In this document: positions 29,175 through 37,489 of the stretch, in pieces | Numbering within the stretch: position 1 is the first letter of the stretch | Layout of the letters: the number at the start of each line of letters is the position of its first letter | Virus record (IMG/VR): IMGVR_UViG_3300032283_000962 | Coordinates: 1-41,184 of that record | DNA from: a virus | Lineage: Duplodnaviria > Caudoviricetes | Strand: one strand, 5' to 3' | Length of the DNA stretch: 41,184 bases | Translations under genes and position numbers: made by a program | Notes under the pieces: generated by a model | Seen by the model: only the letters and a program-made list of their open reading frames with translations | Told to the model about the DNA's origin: nothing | The model's database searches: none

Positions 29175-30041
29175 CTAAGTGCGGAATTCCAAGTCTCGAA
29201 GGACCTCGGGATCAACACCATAAGTCCAGGCATTTGCCTCTAGCGCAGTCTTGACAGTAGGTGGCACCGGAATAGCAAACTCACGACCAGTGCCACAAAC
29301 AACACGCAGAAACTGTTCCTTACCAATATCAGGAATATTTACCTGCAGAAGAGTACCAATCTGCGGATCTTCATCCTTGTCAATAACCTTAGACTTAAGT
29401 TCCTTAAGGATATGAACCCAACCAAGAATTTCACAAGCAACTCGGCGAAGTTCCAGGTTTTCTTCCTTAAGAGCTGCCTTAGCGGTCAGTTCCTTCTTAT
29501 TAGTGATCCAGAACCACTTATCACGGCTCAGGCGAACACCATGCCAGGCAAACACCATGGTACCGTCCTGATATTCAATGGCGGGACCATCCTCACAATG
29601 CAGACGATTCTGATCATCAAATCGGATATACATCGGGAACTCTTGAATAATAGCAAAGTCCTTGTCGACATAAGTCCAGCAAGCAACTTGAGCATATTCA
29701 ATCAGCGGTTGGACAATCTCAAGATCCAGACCACAGACTTCCTTGAAGTAAGCATAGAAACTCAACCAAGAACTATCATGAGCGCCATAGATCATGGAGT
29801 TCATAAATTCGGTAGAAGTACCATCAGGCTTTACGGACTTATAGATCTTATAGGCATCCATAGGTCCGGTAGCATAAAAGATCTGAGCAGGGGCTTCAAG
29901 ATCACGTGAAGTGTAGCACTTGGCGAGTGCTACCTTAGCTTCCGCAAAATCAAGAGCTTGAGTACGAAGGCCGATTTCCAACCAGCGGTCCCGATACACG
30001 GGAATTTGCGCCAGTTGGTCTTCATTCAAACTAGTAATCAC
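29175..30041 (-). CDS. DUF6745-like protein
   Basis: L..EQ...IP.YRD.W..IGL.T, G.HD..WL.FY.YF, RLHCEDGPAIEY.DG...AWHGV, N.E.RR...EI.GW and V.C.TGR.F.I.VPP motifs. Confidence 0.75.
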   Translation of the reverse strand: MITSLNEDQLAQIPVYRDRWLEIGLRTQALDFAEAKVALAKCYTSRDLEAPAQIFYATGPMDAYKIYKSVKPDGTSTEFMNSMIYGAHDSSWLSFYAYFKEVCGLDLEIVQPLIEYAQVACWTYVDKDFAIIQEFPMYIRFDDQNRLHCEDGPAIEYQDGTMVFAWHGVRLSRDKWFWITNKKELTAKAALKEENLELRRVACEILGWVHILKELKSKVIDKDEDPQIGTLLQVNIPDIGKEQFLRVVCGTGREFAIPVPPTVKTALEANAWTYGVDPEVLRDLEFRT

Positions 30042-30101
30042 ATTATCACCTTTACATTATATAAGTGGAAAGCTTCTAAAAATGAAACCTAAGATCAAAG
30101 A

Positions 30102-30464
30102 TCAGTCGGCAGCCTTACGGAAACCTTCGGCAGTATATTCGCGTTGACGGCGAACCTCGTAGGTACCAGGAGGCACCATGATAGCTTCGTGAGTATCGAA
30201 AGACCGAAGATGGTCAATCCGAGTGTCTTCCTTGACAAGAAGAAACATCTTGTACAAGTCAACATTCTGAGAGTTAGACTTATCGGCAGGAATTTCGAAT
30301 GCCTCGACTCGAGTTGCTTCCATCACGTGATTGTGCCCAGTTTCACTGTGAGCGACAATTACCTTGCCATTCTCAGGAGCAACGGGAACAACACCCTCGG
30401 GAATATTTTGAATACGCAGGATAATGAAATCACCCTGAGCAGCCATGTTACGCATAATCTTCAT
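30102..30464 (-). CDS. His-rich partner protein typically adjacent to DUF6745 genes
   Basis: QGD, AHSETGHNH, H...H..I..PPG.YEVRRQREY motifs. Confidence 0.75.
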   Translation of the reverse strand: MKIMRNMAAQGDFIILRIQNIPEGVVPVAPENGKVIVAHSETGHNHVMEATRVEAFEIPADKSNSQNVDLYKMFLLVKEDTRIDHLRSFDTHEAIMVPPGTYEVRRQREYTAEGFRKAAD

Positions 30465-30493
30465 AATATAGTCTCCTTGTTGGTTATAATGAT

Positions 30494-30521
30494 ATTATAT
30501 ATGGTTTTGGTGAAAAGTCAA
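30494..30521 (-). promoter_or_regulatory. sigma70 promoter
   Basis: TTGACT-16-TATAAT. Confidence 0.6.
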
Positions 30522-30766
30522 TCGGTATTTTTGAACAAAATGTTTTTTGCTTTAGTGAGAGCATTACCTGTGTCTGTAATATGACCTTTTGAAACAAAAT
30601 GACCAACTTGATGTGCACAGTCAGTTACAGTGAATAGTGCTGTAAGAGCATCACGAAGTTCATCTCGTTCATCTAGCAAGGCCAACATATGTGTCTTTTC
30701 GACCATAATAACAGTTGGACCTTGCGTGACAAGGGCACGGAATGTTTCGGTATCTGTAATAGCCAT
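30518..30766 (-). CDS. Hypothetical protein
   Basis: Start MAITDTE coupled to the upstream stop; GAGGA RBS. Confidence 0.65.
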   Translation of the reverse strand: MAITDTETFRALVTQGPTVIMVEKTHMLALLDERDELRDALTALFTVTDCAHQVGHFVSKGHITDTGNALTKAKNILFKNTD

Positions 30767-31176
30767 TATTGATCCTCTATAGCTCTTGTTACATGGCGAC
30801 ACTTCTTATGGAATTGGAATCCAATACAAGTGCACGACCAACGTTTAGTACGACCATCCTGTCGCACGGTATAGACTTCACCAGTCTTAGATGAAGTCAC
30901 ATTCAAGACCTTGTCAATAGTGACCTTCGGTTGTTTTACCGTAACACCACCAATAGTCAAGATCTTGTGTCTAGGGATGTAGTTGAAGGCCTTTGTGTCA
31001 CTATTCAGAATAGTAAGATCTGCAACAGAAGTCATCCACTTAGGAGTAGGTACAACAACCCCACGAAGAGTCAGTGTAGGTTGTGCCCTATGCACTGAAC
31101 ACGGTGCCATAGCATAACGTGCGGAAGCATTGTCCAACACGACCTCTACGACTGAACCTTCGGTGGGGAGTTGCAT
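30766..31176 (-). CDS. SWIM zinc-finger protein
   Basis: S..G..YTV.....WSCTC.GF.F...C.H motif. Confidence 0.8.
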   Translation of the reverse strand: MQLPTEGSVVEVVLDNASARYAMAPCSVHRAQPTLTLRGVVVPTPKWMTSVADLTILNSDTKAFNYIPRHKILTIGGVTVKQPKVTIDKVLNVTSSKTGEVYTVRQDGRTKRWSCTCIGFQFHKKCRHVTRAIEDQ

Positions 31177-31182
31177 TTGATA

Positions 31183-31566
31183 TTAGGCCTTTACGGTAAT
31201 CCGTGCAAGAATTGCTTGCACTGCATTGTCGACAAGAGCATTTAGTTCAGTCTTGAGTGCGGTCTCAAGAGTATTTGTTACAGGAACACTACTTTGTTTC
31301 ATAATAAGTCGAGTTGGCATCTCAGTAGGCATGCCATGCCATGCTTGTTGTGTACCGGTCGAACCCTTATCCCAACCATAATAATCTTTCCACTGCTTAA
31401 GCCAATGTGAATAGGTATTCACCGCTGTGGTTGTAGTCTTATGATCCGCAGTATTTGAAAGTAGACCGACCTTAATAAGAGCCTCTGGTCGTGACAGCTG
31501 TGTTTGCTTAAGAACAAACATGTACGAACTATAGTTCTTGCTCATAGACGGTGTAATATTCTTCAT
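31183..31566 (-). CDS. Hypothetical protein
   Basis: Start MKNITPS after an AAGGA RBS, downstream of a promoter. Confidence 0.7.
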   Translation of the reverse strand: MKNITPSMSKNYSSYMFVLKQTQLSRPEALIKVGLLSNTADHKTTTTAVNTYSHWLKQWKDYYGWDKGSTGTQQAWHGMPTEMPTRLIMKQSSVPVTNTLETALKTELNALVDNAVQAILARITVKA

Positions 31567-31618
31567 AATATAATGTCCTTTTTCAATTTTGACCATCATT
31601 GGTCTGGTTAACATAGTT

Positions 31619-31672
31619 ATTATAACAAACTTTGGTGGTCGTGTCAACAAAAAAATTATTAACTTTTGTTAA
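31619..31672 (-). promoter_or_regulatory. Boxed early promoter element
   Basis: TTGACA-17-TATAAT plus box ttaacttttgttaa (31659-31672). Confidence 0.85.
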
Positions 31673-31680
31673 TTTTATGG

Positions 31681-32016
31681 TTACGCTTCCAACTGAGCAC
31701 AACCACCGTGCTTTTCTATGGTTTTCAAGAGCATATCAACGGGAACCCATCCAAAGATACATTCCTCGTCAGGGGAGTCATCACCTAGATCTTCACGCCA
31801 TTGCCGCAACTCAGGAACCGATTTACTAGGAAAGCCAAGTTCCATGGCAGTCCATGGGCCCTCGTGAGTTTTTGGTGTGCAGTAATGGTAAGAGCTTGCC
31901 TGAATGGACAACTCTAGACCATCACGACAAACCAGGGGTGGCATTACCTCGTGGCTGAGTCGACCAAGCACGGCCTTTTCTCGCATACGGGTTATATAGG
32001 CTGATAGAACATCCAT
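31681..32016 (-). CDS. Conserved phage hypothetical protein
   Basis: C.DG..LSIQAS..HYC.P, E.GFPS and IE.HGG motifs; AGGAG RBS. Confidence 0.75.
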   Translation of the reverse strand: MDVLSAYITRMREKAVLGRLSHEVMPPLVCRDGLELSIQASSYHYCTPKTHEGPWTAMELGFPSKSVPELRQWREDLGDDSPDEECIFGWVPVDMLLKTIEKHGGCAQLEA

Positions 32017-32040
32017 AGTAAATCTCCTGTTTATAAGTGG

Positions 32041-32094
32041 ATAATACCATATCCACCAGGTGATGTCAACGAAAAAATTATTAACTTTTTGTAA
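32041..32094 (-). promoter_or_regulatory. Boxed early promoter element
   Basis: TTGACA-17-TATTAT plus box ttaactttttgtaa. Confidence 0.8.
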
Positions 32095-32263
32095 TATCCT
32101 CGGCAATCTGATTTTCCAGACTTACACTAAACAATCTATCATAGATTGGCATTTGCAACCTGGCATATGTCTTAAACCGAATGTTTTTTCGAACAGATTT
32201 ATGCAATTCAAGCATAGAATTATTCAACACATCACTCAAAAGTACATCAATGGTAGTCTTCAT
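32081..32263 (-). CDS. Micro-protein of the '..EQLxEDL' family
   Basis: Ends LENQIAEDITKS; coupled. Confidence 0.65.
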   Translation of the reverse strand: MKTTIDVLLSDVLNNSMLELHKSVRKNIRFKTYARLQMPIYDRLFSVSLENQIAEDITKS

Positions 32264-32447
32264 AGTTTAGATTTTCCTTGATTTGTTCGTCAAGTAGTGT
32301 ATAAATGTCATCTATAAATGCTGGTTCAACATGACGAATTATATAACTTCGAATACCATCAGCAAATACACCCTGAGATTTATGCCAAATCGAATCTGAT
32401 ACATCATCTGCCATGATATTACGCACTGTTTCAGTCATTTTGTACAT
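32247..32447 (-). CDS. Micro-protein of the '..EQLxEDL' family
   Basis: DVSDSIW...LLDEQIKENL. Confidence 0.7.
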   Translation of the reverse strand: MYKMTETVRNIMADDVSDSIWHKSQGVFADGIRSYIIRHVEPAFIDDIYTLLDEQIKENLNYEDYH

Positions 32448-32677
32448 AGTTTATATCCATGGTTAACCAAATAAACATACATTGTGATATTAGTATCGGA
32501 TGTAAACATACCACCGGTATAAATTTCACATCTCAGCATAACACCTTCTTCTCTTGCTTCTTGCTGTAGAATATCTCTAAGCGTTAAAACATCAGCATAA
32601 GAATATGCTATATTAAAAGTCTTATGATACCAACCACAGTCACCTAATGTTAACCAAATAGCATCAGTATTCATCAT
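32435..32677 (-). CDS. Small protein of the 'EAxxEGVxLR' family
   Basis: NTDAIW..L...LQQEAREEGVMLR; similar to the ORFs at 37210 and 39001. Confidence 0.7.
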   Translation of the reverse strand: MMNTDAIWLTLGDCGWYHKTFNIAYSYADVLTLRDILQQEAREEGVMLRCEIYTGGMFTSDTNITMYVYLVNHGYKLCTK

Positions 32678-32855
32678 TTTCTAAATCCTCATAAACTTGA
32701 TTCAATACTTGATCTTCAATTTTAGTAGCGATCACAACAAAATGATTATGCCAAATCTTATTACGAACTTCCAAGCCACTCGACATTGCCGTTTGTTTCC
32801 AGGCAGTATCTGATACATCACTATGCATCCGTTCAATCGTTCTATTACCGTACAT
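32664..32855 (-). CDS. Micro-protein of the '..EQLxEDL' family
   Basis: DVSDTAW...DQVLNQVYEDLE. Confidence 0.7.
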   Translation of the reverse strand: MYGNRTIERMHSDVSDTAWKQTAMSSGLEVRNKIWHNHFVVIATKIEDQVLNQVYEDLENDEY

Positions 32856-33045
32856 CTCGTAAATCCTGATCCACTTGTATATACACATTATCCAATATCG
32901 GTAAATGAATACGACTACTCAGATCCATACGAATATTTAACGCTATATGCCACATGACCTCATCGGTTGCATTGTCCCAAGTTTTACCAGAGACTTCTTC
33001 TGCAACCTGGCCTCTTATTATATATCGTATATTTTCCTTAGACAT
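32845..33045 (-). CDS. Micro-protein of the '..EQLxEDL' family
   Basis: EEVSGKTW...NVYIQVDQDL. Confidence 0.7.
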   Translation of the reverse strand: MSKENIRYIIRGQVAEEVSGKTWDNATDEVMWHIALNIRMDLSSRIHLPILDNVYIQVDQDLRDVR

Positions 33046-33220
33046 TCTCTAGATCCTCATATATCTGATCTTGAAGGTTATATCGTAATTGAAGTGCAAT
33101 TTGATCACTAACAGGACCTAGAGTCACACCTACAAGTACTTCCTCGGACAATGTATCAAGATACGTATCGAGTGAATGATGCATTGATTCTATCATCAAC
33201 ATAGTAACTTCAGACATCAT
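33038..33220 (-). CDS. Micro-protein of the '..EQLxEDL' family
   Basis: ...NLQDQIYEDLE. Confidence 0.7.
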   Translation of the reverse strand: MMSEVTMLMIESMHHSLDTYLDTLSEEVLVGVTLGPVSDQIALQLRYNLQDQIYEDLENV

Positions 33221-33401
33221 CTAGATCCTCTGCAAATTGATCCAATAGAGGTTCTCTGACATCAATTGTAATTTGATAACCCAACTCATTCCGTGCGTCT
33301 ATTACGTAATGGACACCTTTCCCACGTGCTTCTTTCCACACTATATCACCGGCCATGTCTGATGCAGAACGGACTTTTTCACCAATTGTCATGTTATACA
33401 T
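33210..33401 (-). CDS. Micro-protein of the '..EQLxEDL' family
   Basis: ...PLLDQFAEDLD; AGGAG RBS; first gene after a promoter. Confidence 0.7.
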   Translation of the reverse strand: MYNMTIGEKVRSASDMAGDIVWKEARGKGVHYVIDARNELGYQITIDVREPLLDQFAEDLDDV

Positions 33402-33421
33402 AACATATCTCCTATAGACTT

Positions 33422-33450
33422 ATTATAACAAAAAACCCGGTACTTGTCAA
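33422..33450 (-). promoter_or_regulatory. sigma70 promoter
   Basis: TTGACA-17-TATAAT. Confidence 0.85.
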
Positions 33451-33520
33451 CAATTAAGTTAACAAAACCGGGTTTCTTGATATGATACATCATATCTCTA
33501 TAACATATCTCACAAATATG

Positions 33521-33748
33521 TTAACGATCTAGGGCTTTTTGTACTTCTAGTGTATAAACCCACGCTTTCATAGCATCATCCCATTCATATACAGAATTCC
33601 ACCAATCCAACAGCTCTTCGCGCGTAAAATAGTACTTAGGTTCCATCCACGCTATACCTAGATCAATATGCGCAGTACGACATTCCTCATACAAATCCCT
33701 ATGAAAGAATGAAGCTACATCATTAGAAGATCGAGTTGCAGTTACCAT
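33521..33748 (-). CDS. Hypothetical protein
   Basis: Start MVTATRS overlaps the upstream stop. Confidence 0.6.
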   Translation of the reverse strand: MVTATRSSNDVASFFHRDLYEECRTAHIDLGIAWMEPKYYFTREELLDWWNSVYEWDDAMKAWVYTLEVQKALDR

Positions 33749-34215
33749 GACTTTTTGTCTCCGTGTTCCTCGTTCCAATCGTATCCAGCCATGTATTCAG
33801 CAATTTCCTCTTCGGTCACACCAAGAACACAGTCTCCGTTGTAAGTACCATTCGGATACCAATGAGGATACCGTTCTCGACCATAATAACTGTCAGCACT
33901 ACCTCGATCATAGAGGCTACCATGACGATTACGTTCGAATGCCATGGCTTTCAATGCTACAACGGTTTCTTCGGGTACTTGCTCAGGTACTTCCTCTTGT
34001 TTAGGTCGGTTATATTGTGGTTGACCTCGTGTAATGGTATCCTTTGCCAAATGGACAACATTATCCAATGCAACATTCGAGCCAGGATTCACTTTAGCAA
34101 TAGTATGCAATGCATCGTCATAGAGTTCAATCAAACGAATAGCATCCTGAATAGTGACAATTTCACTATCCCTGGCGCGAGCATATAATTCTTCAAGTCG
34201 TTCAATGATGTTCAT
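33742..34215 (-). CDS. Hypothetical protein with a C-terminal GS.YDRG.ADSYYGR...PH...EY.AGY domain
   Basis: AGGAG RBS; 157 aa. Confidence 0.7.
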   Translation of the reverse strand: MNIIERLEELYARARDSEIVTIQDAIRLIELYDDALHTIAKVNPGSNVALDNVVHLAKDTITRGQPQYNRPKQEEVPEQVPEETVVALKAMAFERNRHGSLYDRGSADSYYGRERYPHWYPNGTYNGDCVLGVTEEEIAEYMAGYDWNEEHGDKKSW

Positions 34216-34262
34216 ATCAATGTCTCCTGAAAGGCCCTATGCCTTTCCTTCCTTATATGGTT

Positions 34263-34316
34263 ATTATACCAAAAAACCAGGTCAATGTCAACCATTAAAT
34301 TATTACAAAATGTTAA
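34263..34316 (-). promoter_or_regulatory. Boxed early promoter element
   Basis: TTGACA-17-TATAAT plus box ttacaaaatgttaa. Confidence 0.88.
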
Positions 34317-34333
34317 TGTACCATTAACTAATG

Positions 34334-34549
34334 TTAAGGATTCTGCCAAGGCGGCGGTCGTTTAGGACCACGAGCCTGATCACCAACAGCCTCAATCTTC
34401 TTCATACGTTCTTCATAGGCAACCCAATAACCCTCTTCCCACTTCAAGAACTCACACAGATGTGTATCATAGTTATAGGGATTGTCAAACAAATGACGAC
34501 CACGCTTATAGTCATCATAACCACTCCAGTATGAATCAGTCTGCATCAC
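34334..34549 (-). CDS. RMF/CrpP-fold-like micro-protein
   Basis: Y..GY..Y..G.....NPY........W..GY pattern; GGAGG RBS. Confidence 0.55.
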   Translation of the reverse strand: MMQTDSYWSGYDDYKRGRHLFDNPYNYDTHLCEFLKWEEGYWVAYEERMKKIEAVGDQARGPKRPPPWQNP

Positions 34550-34706
34550 ATATATCCTCCACTACTTGCGACTTGATTACAGGCGTGTCAATATACCTAT
34601 TGGATGTGCCAGTTTGAAACAATACATGTATGATATCTTTACTATTACACTGTCTTATAACGTAATTATAAGCTTTACTAGTATCATTGATTTTTGTGCT
34701 AATCAC
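34536..34706 (-). CDS. Micro-protein of the '..EQLxEDL' family (56 aa, not in the ORF track)
   Basis: Read by hand from a GTG overlapping the upstream TGA: MISTKINDTSKAYNYVIRQCNSKDIIHVLFQTGTSNRYIDTPVIKSQVVEDICDAD. Confidence 0.55.
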   Translation of the reverse strand: MISTKINDTSKAYNYVIRQCNSKDIIHVLFQTGTSNRYIDTPVIKSQVVEDICDAD

Positions 34707-34924
34707 TGAGCTTTACCAATAGGCTTCCTAGCGCACAAGGGATTCATACATGTCTGTTCACTAGTAGGCGGACAAATACAACCCATGACGTTGCTAATAC
34801 CGCGTAGGGCCGGATCTGGGAGAGGTTGGATCATAGAGCGTCGTTTTTGAATACCAGGGCAATCTTGATCAGAGCACGTCTGACCAGGGCGAAGAGTACA
34901 TTTCGGGCATGGCCAATCGCTCAT
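34703..34924 (-). CDS. Cys-rich small protein
   Basis: CPKC...C...CP and GCICPP..E.TC..P.C; ATGA-coupled. Confidence 0.6.
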   Translation of the reverse strand: MSDWPCPKCTLRPGQTCSDQDCPGIQKRRSMIQPLPDPALRGISNVMGCICPPTSEQTCMNPLCARKPIGKAQ

Positions 34925-35133
34925 GGCTTCATCTCCAAAGCTTCGCGGGCAATCCGAATACAACCCTTAAGAGCAAAAGCAATTTCATCCAGCGCCTCCT
35001 GCAGCCGCGCATTCTCGGCACGCAATCGCTTGATTTCATCACAAGATTCGGCCGGGGTTGCAGAATGCCAGCCACCATCAGTCGCACGTACCCAGAATAT
35101 CCCACCGTAAGTGTCTCCTCGATCAGTCATCAC
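34921..35133 (-). CDS. Hypothetical coiled-coil protein
   Basis: DEIKRLRAENARLQEAL...IAREALE. Confidence 0.65.
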   Translation of the reverse strand: MMTDRGDTYGGIFWVRATDGGWHSATPAESCDEIKRLRAENARLQEALDEIAFALKGCIRIAREALEMKP

Positions 35134-35344
35134 TTATCTCCAATGCATTCAAACTGTCTAGAATAACTCGAGCCTTGTCATATACACAACAATCACGCCT
35201 AGGCATCTCCATGTTTGCACTATTATCACATCCACTACAGACGGTATGGATAGGAACCAACTCCTGGGCCAATAATACAACCCGTCGCCAATCCTTATTC
35301 TCTGGACCGGGCCAAATATATTGAATGTCTTTTGTGGAAAGCAT
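35123..35344 (-). CDS. Hypothetical protein
   Basis: Start MLSTKD after a GGAGA RBS. Confidence 0.55.
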   Translation of the reverse strand: MLSTKDIQYIWPGPENKDWRRVVLLAQELVPIHTVCSGCDNSANMEMPRRDCCVYDKARVILDSLNALEISDD

Positions 35345-35346
35345 TG

Positions 35347-35844
35347 TCACTTCTCCGATTCTTCCTGCAACTTCTTCTCGTGTTCCAACCAAAATTGCTT
35401 ATTCTCTTCCTTGGTGCACCACATTAGATTAGACGGATGGTGGTTATGAGTATCATGATCAATATGATGGGCCTCGTACAACTTATCACACAAATTCCGC
35501 ACAGACTCAGGTGTTACTTCCCAATCAGCATCCGAAATACAATTGGGCTTATAGGGCTTATTATGCCATGTCTGACAAACAAGATTATGGATTTCGATCG
35601 ACTTCGACTTACCTCTAACCCATAGCCCTGTCATCGGGTAATCCAAGTTATAATTCACGGAAAGTCGTGTAAGTCCACCGCGTTTGGTACTCCACGGCAT
35701 ACCATCGCTGCAGATATAATATCCCGATTGCACCTTACCATTAATAATGGCAGGCCTGAGTACACGACCATGGATCATGATCGGCATAACAAGAGTACCA
35801 TTCGCATCAAATACGGGATTCAGATCTTCAAGCTTGACGGTCAT
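35347..35844 (-). CDS. HNH (homing-type) endonuclease
   Basis: Y.I.SDG..WS, IH.LV..TW and HIDHD..N.HPSNL.W.T..EN motifs. Confidence 0.82.
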   Translation of the reverse strand: MTVKLEDLNPVFDANGTLVMPIMIHGRVLRPAIINGKVQSGYYICSDGMPWSTKRGGLTRLSVNYNLDYPMTGLWVRGKSKSIEIHNLVCQTWHNKPYKPNCISDADWEVTPESVRNLCDKLYEAHHIDHDTHNHHPSNLMWCTKEENKQFWLEHEKKLQEESEK

Positions 35845-35846
35845 AA

Positions 35847-36050
35847 TTAAATGCCCTCCTCTGCATCAACTAGTTCCGGATAGAGGCGATCCATCAAACC
35901 GCTATTTACCATGTCTCGCAGACGTTCAGCCACTAGACTGACGATAGCACCCTCACGGGCAGAAGACTGAGCCAAGACACGAAGCATGCGATCCTGTTCC
36001 TTGGGGGTCATCATATCCAGGACTGTGTTTTCAAAATCGGTCATAATCAA
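35847..36050 (-). CDS. Small protein; paralog of the adjacent ORF
   Basis: Ends RDMVNSGLMD...EEGI. Confidence 0.7.
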   Translation of the reverse strand: MIMTDFENTVLDMMTPKEQDRMLRVLAQSSAREGAIVSLVAERLRDMVNSGLMDRLYPELVDAEEGI

Positions 36051-36193
36051 ATACCCTCCTCTTCATCATCCGTAGCGACATGAAAAACATCCATAAGGCC
36101 GGACTCTTCCATGTCACGATAATCGGCCAAAGCCTTGGCAGTAGCAGCGGTAAATGCAGCCAGCAGCGCCTCGGCGGTTGCAAGATCGGTCAT
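36047..36193 (-). CDS. Small protein; paralog of the adjacent ORF
   Basis: MTDLATAE...RDMEESGLMD...EEGI; AAGGA RBS. Confidence 0.7.
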   Translation of the reverse strand: MTDLATAEALLAAFTAATAKALADYRDMEESGLMDVFHVATDDEEEGI

Positions 36194-36217
36194 ATTTGTT
36201 TCCTTGATCATAGGTGG

Positions 36218-36271
36218 ATTATACCAAAAACCAGGCTGGATGTCAACGATTAAATTATTACAAACAGTTAA
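36218..36271 (-). promoter_or_regulatory. Boxed early promoter element
   Basis: TTGACA-17-TATAAT plus box ttacaaacagttaa. Confidence 0.9.
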
Positions 36272-36272
36272 T

Positions 36273-36458
36273 CTAGCGAGGCACAACCTCACATTGGAGC
36301 TTTGAACCTGGAGGCAATGCCATAGGCCCAAAGATGGTCGCACACGTAATCCCTGCAGTGACGATAGCCACGAACAGCAGGAATGTAACACTAGACGGCA
36401 ACCGAATGGCCGACAAGTCAACATGTCCAGAGAATGCCATCAATTGGATCCTTTCCAA
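36273..36458 (-). CDS. Small membrane protein
   Basis: Hydrophobic segment; GAAAGGA RBS. Confidence 0.55.
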   Translation of the reverse strand: MERIQLMAFSGHVDLSAIRLPSSVTFLLFVAIVTAGITCATIFGPMALPPGSKLQCEVVPR

Positions 36459-36655
36459 AAAGGTTTGTTGCGACAGAGCTGAGACACCTCATCAAGACTA
36501 TAACCAGGAATGGCCAGGCATGCCAAGAATACACACGCTTCTTGAGCTACCTCATTAGCTATGTGACCGTAATCCCTGGCCAACTTAGCCATACACAATT
36601 CGTATGCAGCAAGGACACTTGATGATGGTAGTCGTAAGGCCTTAGCTACACTCAT
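36440..36655 (-). CDS. Hypothetical protein
   Basis: ATGA-coupled ORF. Confidence 0.6.
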   Translation of the reverse strand: MSVAKALRLPSSSVLAAYELCMAKLARDYGHIANEVAQEACVFLACLAIPGYSLDEVSQLCRNKPFWKGSN

Positions 36656-36831
36656 TGTAATCCTGCATAGCGACTAATCATTACGATTTCGGTGTGTGTC
36701 AGATCCTTCTCAAACAGGGCAGACCGATGCTCGAGACGATTGGCCAGAGCCGAGATAAAATTGGATTCCCGGTCATTGGTTGACGCCATAGCGGCGGCAT
36801 GAAGGCGATCGATGATGGTGGATACGTTCAT
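36652..36831 (-). CDS. Hypothetical protein
   Basis: Start MNVSTII after an AAGGA RBS. Confidence 0.7.
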   Translation of the reverse strand: MNVSTIIDRLHAAAMASTNDRESNFISALANRLEHRSALFEKDLTHTEIVMISRYAGLQ

Positions 36832-36855
36832 GTTTGTTTCCTTGATCATAGGTGG

Positions 36856-36910
36856 ATTATACCAAAAACCCGGGCCGTTGTCAACGTTTAAATTATTACA
36901 AAATCGTTAG
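36856..36910 (-). promoter_or_regulatory. Boxed early promoter element
   Basis: TTGACA-17-TATAAT plus box ttacaaaatcgttag. Confidence 0.9.
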
Positions 36911-37131
36911 GCAGCCCACTTGGCCCACTTACCGATGCTGGCCGGCTGCGCCTTAGTTGCACACGTGACGCCTGCAATCTTAGGAATGCAATTGTCACAG
37001 TAGTAGTCATTCAGGCGCTCGCAGTACGTCACGGCCGCCGCGTAATCGGCGAACTCACCGGTCATATGAAATTTACGTTCACCGGAAGGCAGATCCTCGA
37101 TGAGGATAGCGATAGCGTTCTGGTAGGTCAT
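36907..37131 (-). CDS. Cassette hypothetical protein
   Basis: AGGGG RBS; TAA stop lies inside the box of the next element. Confidence 0.7.
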   Translation of the reverse strand: MTYQNAIAILIEDLPSGERKFHMTGEFADYAAAVTYCERLNDYYCDNCIPKIAGVTCATKAQPASIGKWAKWAA

Positions 37132-37158
37132 GTGTGTCATTCCCCTGTTCATATATGG

Positions 37159-37213
37159 ATCATACCAAAAACCATAGCCCGTGTCAACGCCTAATTTATT
37201 ACAAAATCGTTAG
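37159..37213 (-). promoter_or_regulatory. Boxed early promoter element
   Basis: TTGACA-17-TATGAT plus box ttacaaaatcgttag. Confidence 0.85.
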
Positions 37214-37410
37214 GTGAATTTCCTCAGGCTCACGTCGAGCGTATCATCGTCCCGCGTGTTGCACCGCAGACTCACGCCTTCCGCGTCAGCCTCGGCATTC
37301 AGCTGGGCTCGGATAGCAGGCAGTTTCCAATACACCGCACGGACCACAGTCCGACCAGTGGTGGCCAACGAAGCCCAGATAGAATCGGAATTAATTACGA
37401 TATAGGTCAT
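37210..37410 (-). CDS. Small protein of the 'EAxxEGVxLR' family
   Basis: IRAQLNAEADAEGVSLR...LDVSLRKFT; AGGAG RBS. Confidence 0.75.
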   Translation of the reverse strand: MTYIVINSDSIWASLATTGRTVVRAVYWKLPAIRAQLNAEADAEGVSLRCNTRDDDTLDVSLRKFT

Positions 37411-37435
37411 TTTGCAATCTCCTGTCTATGAGTGG

Positions 37436-37489
37436 ATTATACCATCACCAGAGGCCAATGTCAACCAGAGATTTATTACAAATTGTTAA
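37436..37489 (-). promoter_or_regulatory. Boxed early promoter element
   Basis: TTGACA-17-TATAAT plus box ttacaaattgttaa. Confidence 0.9.
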
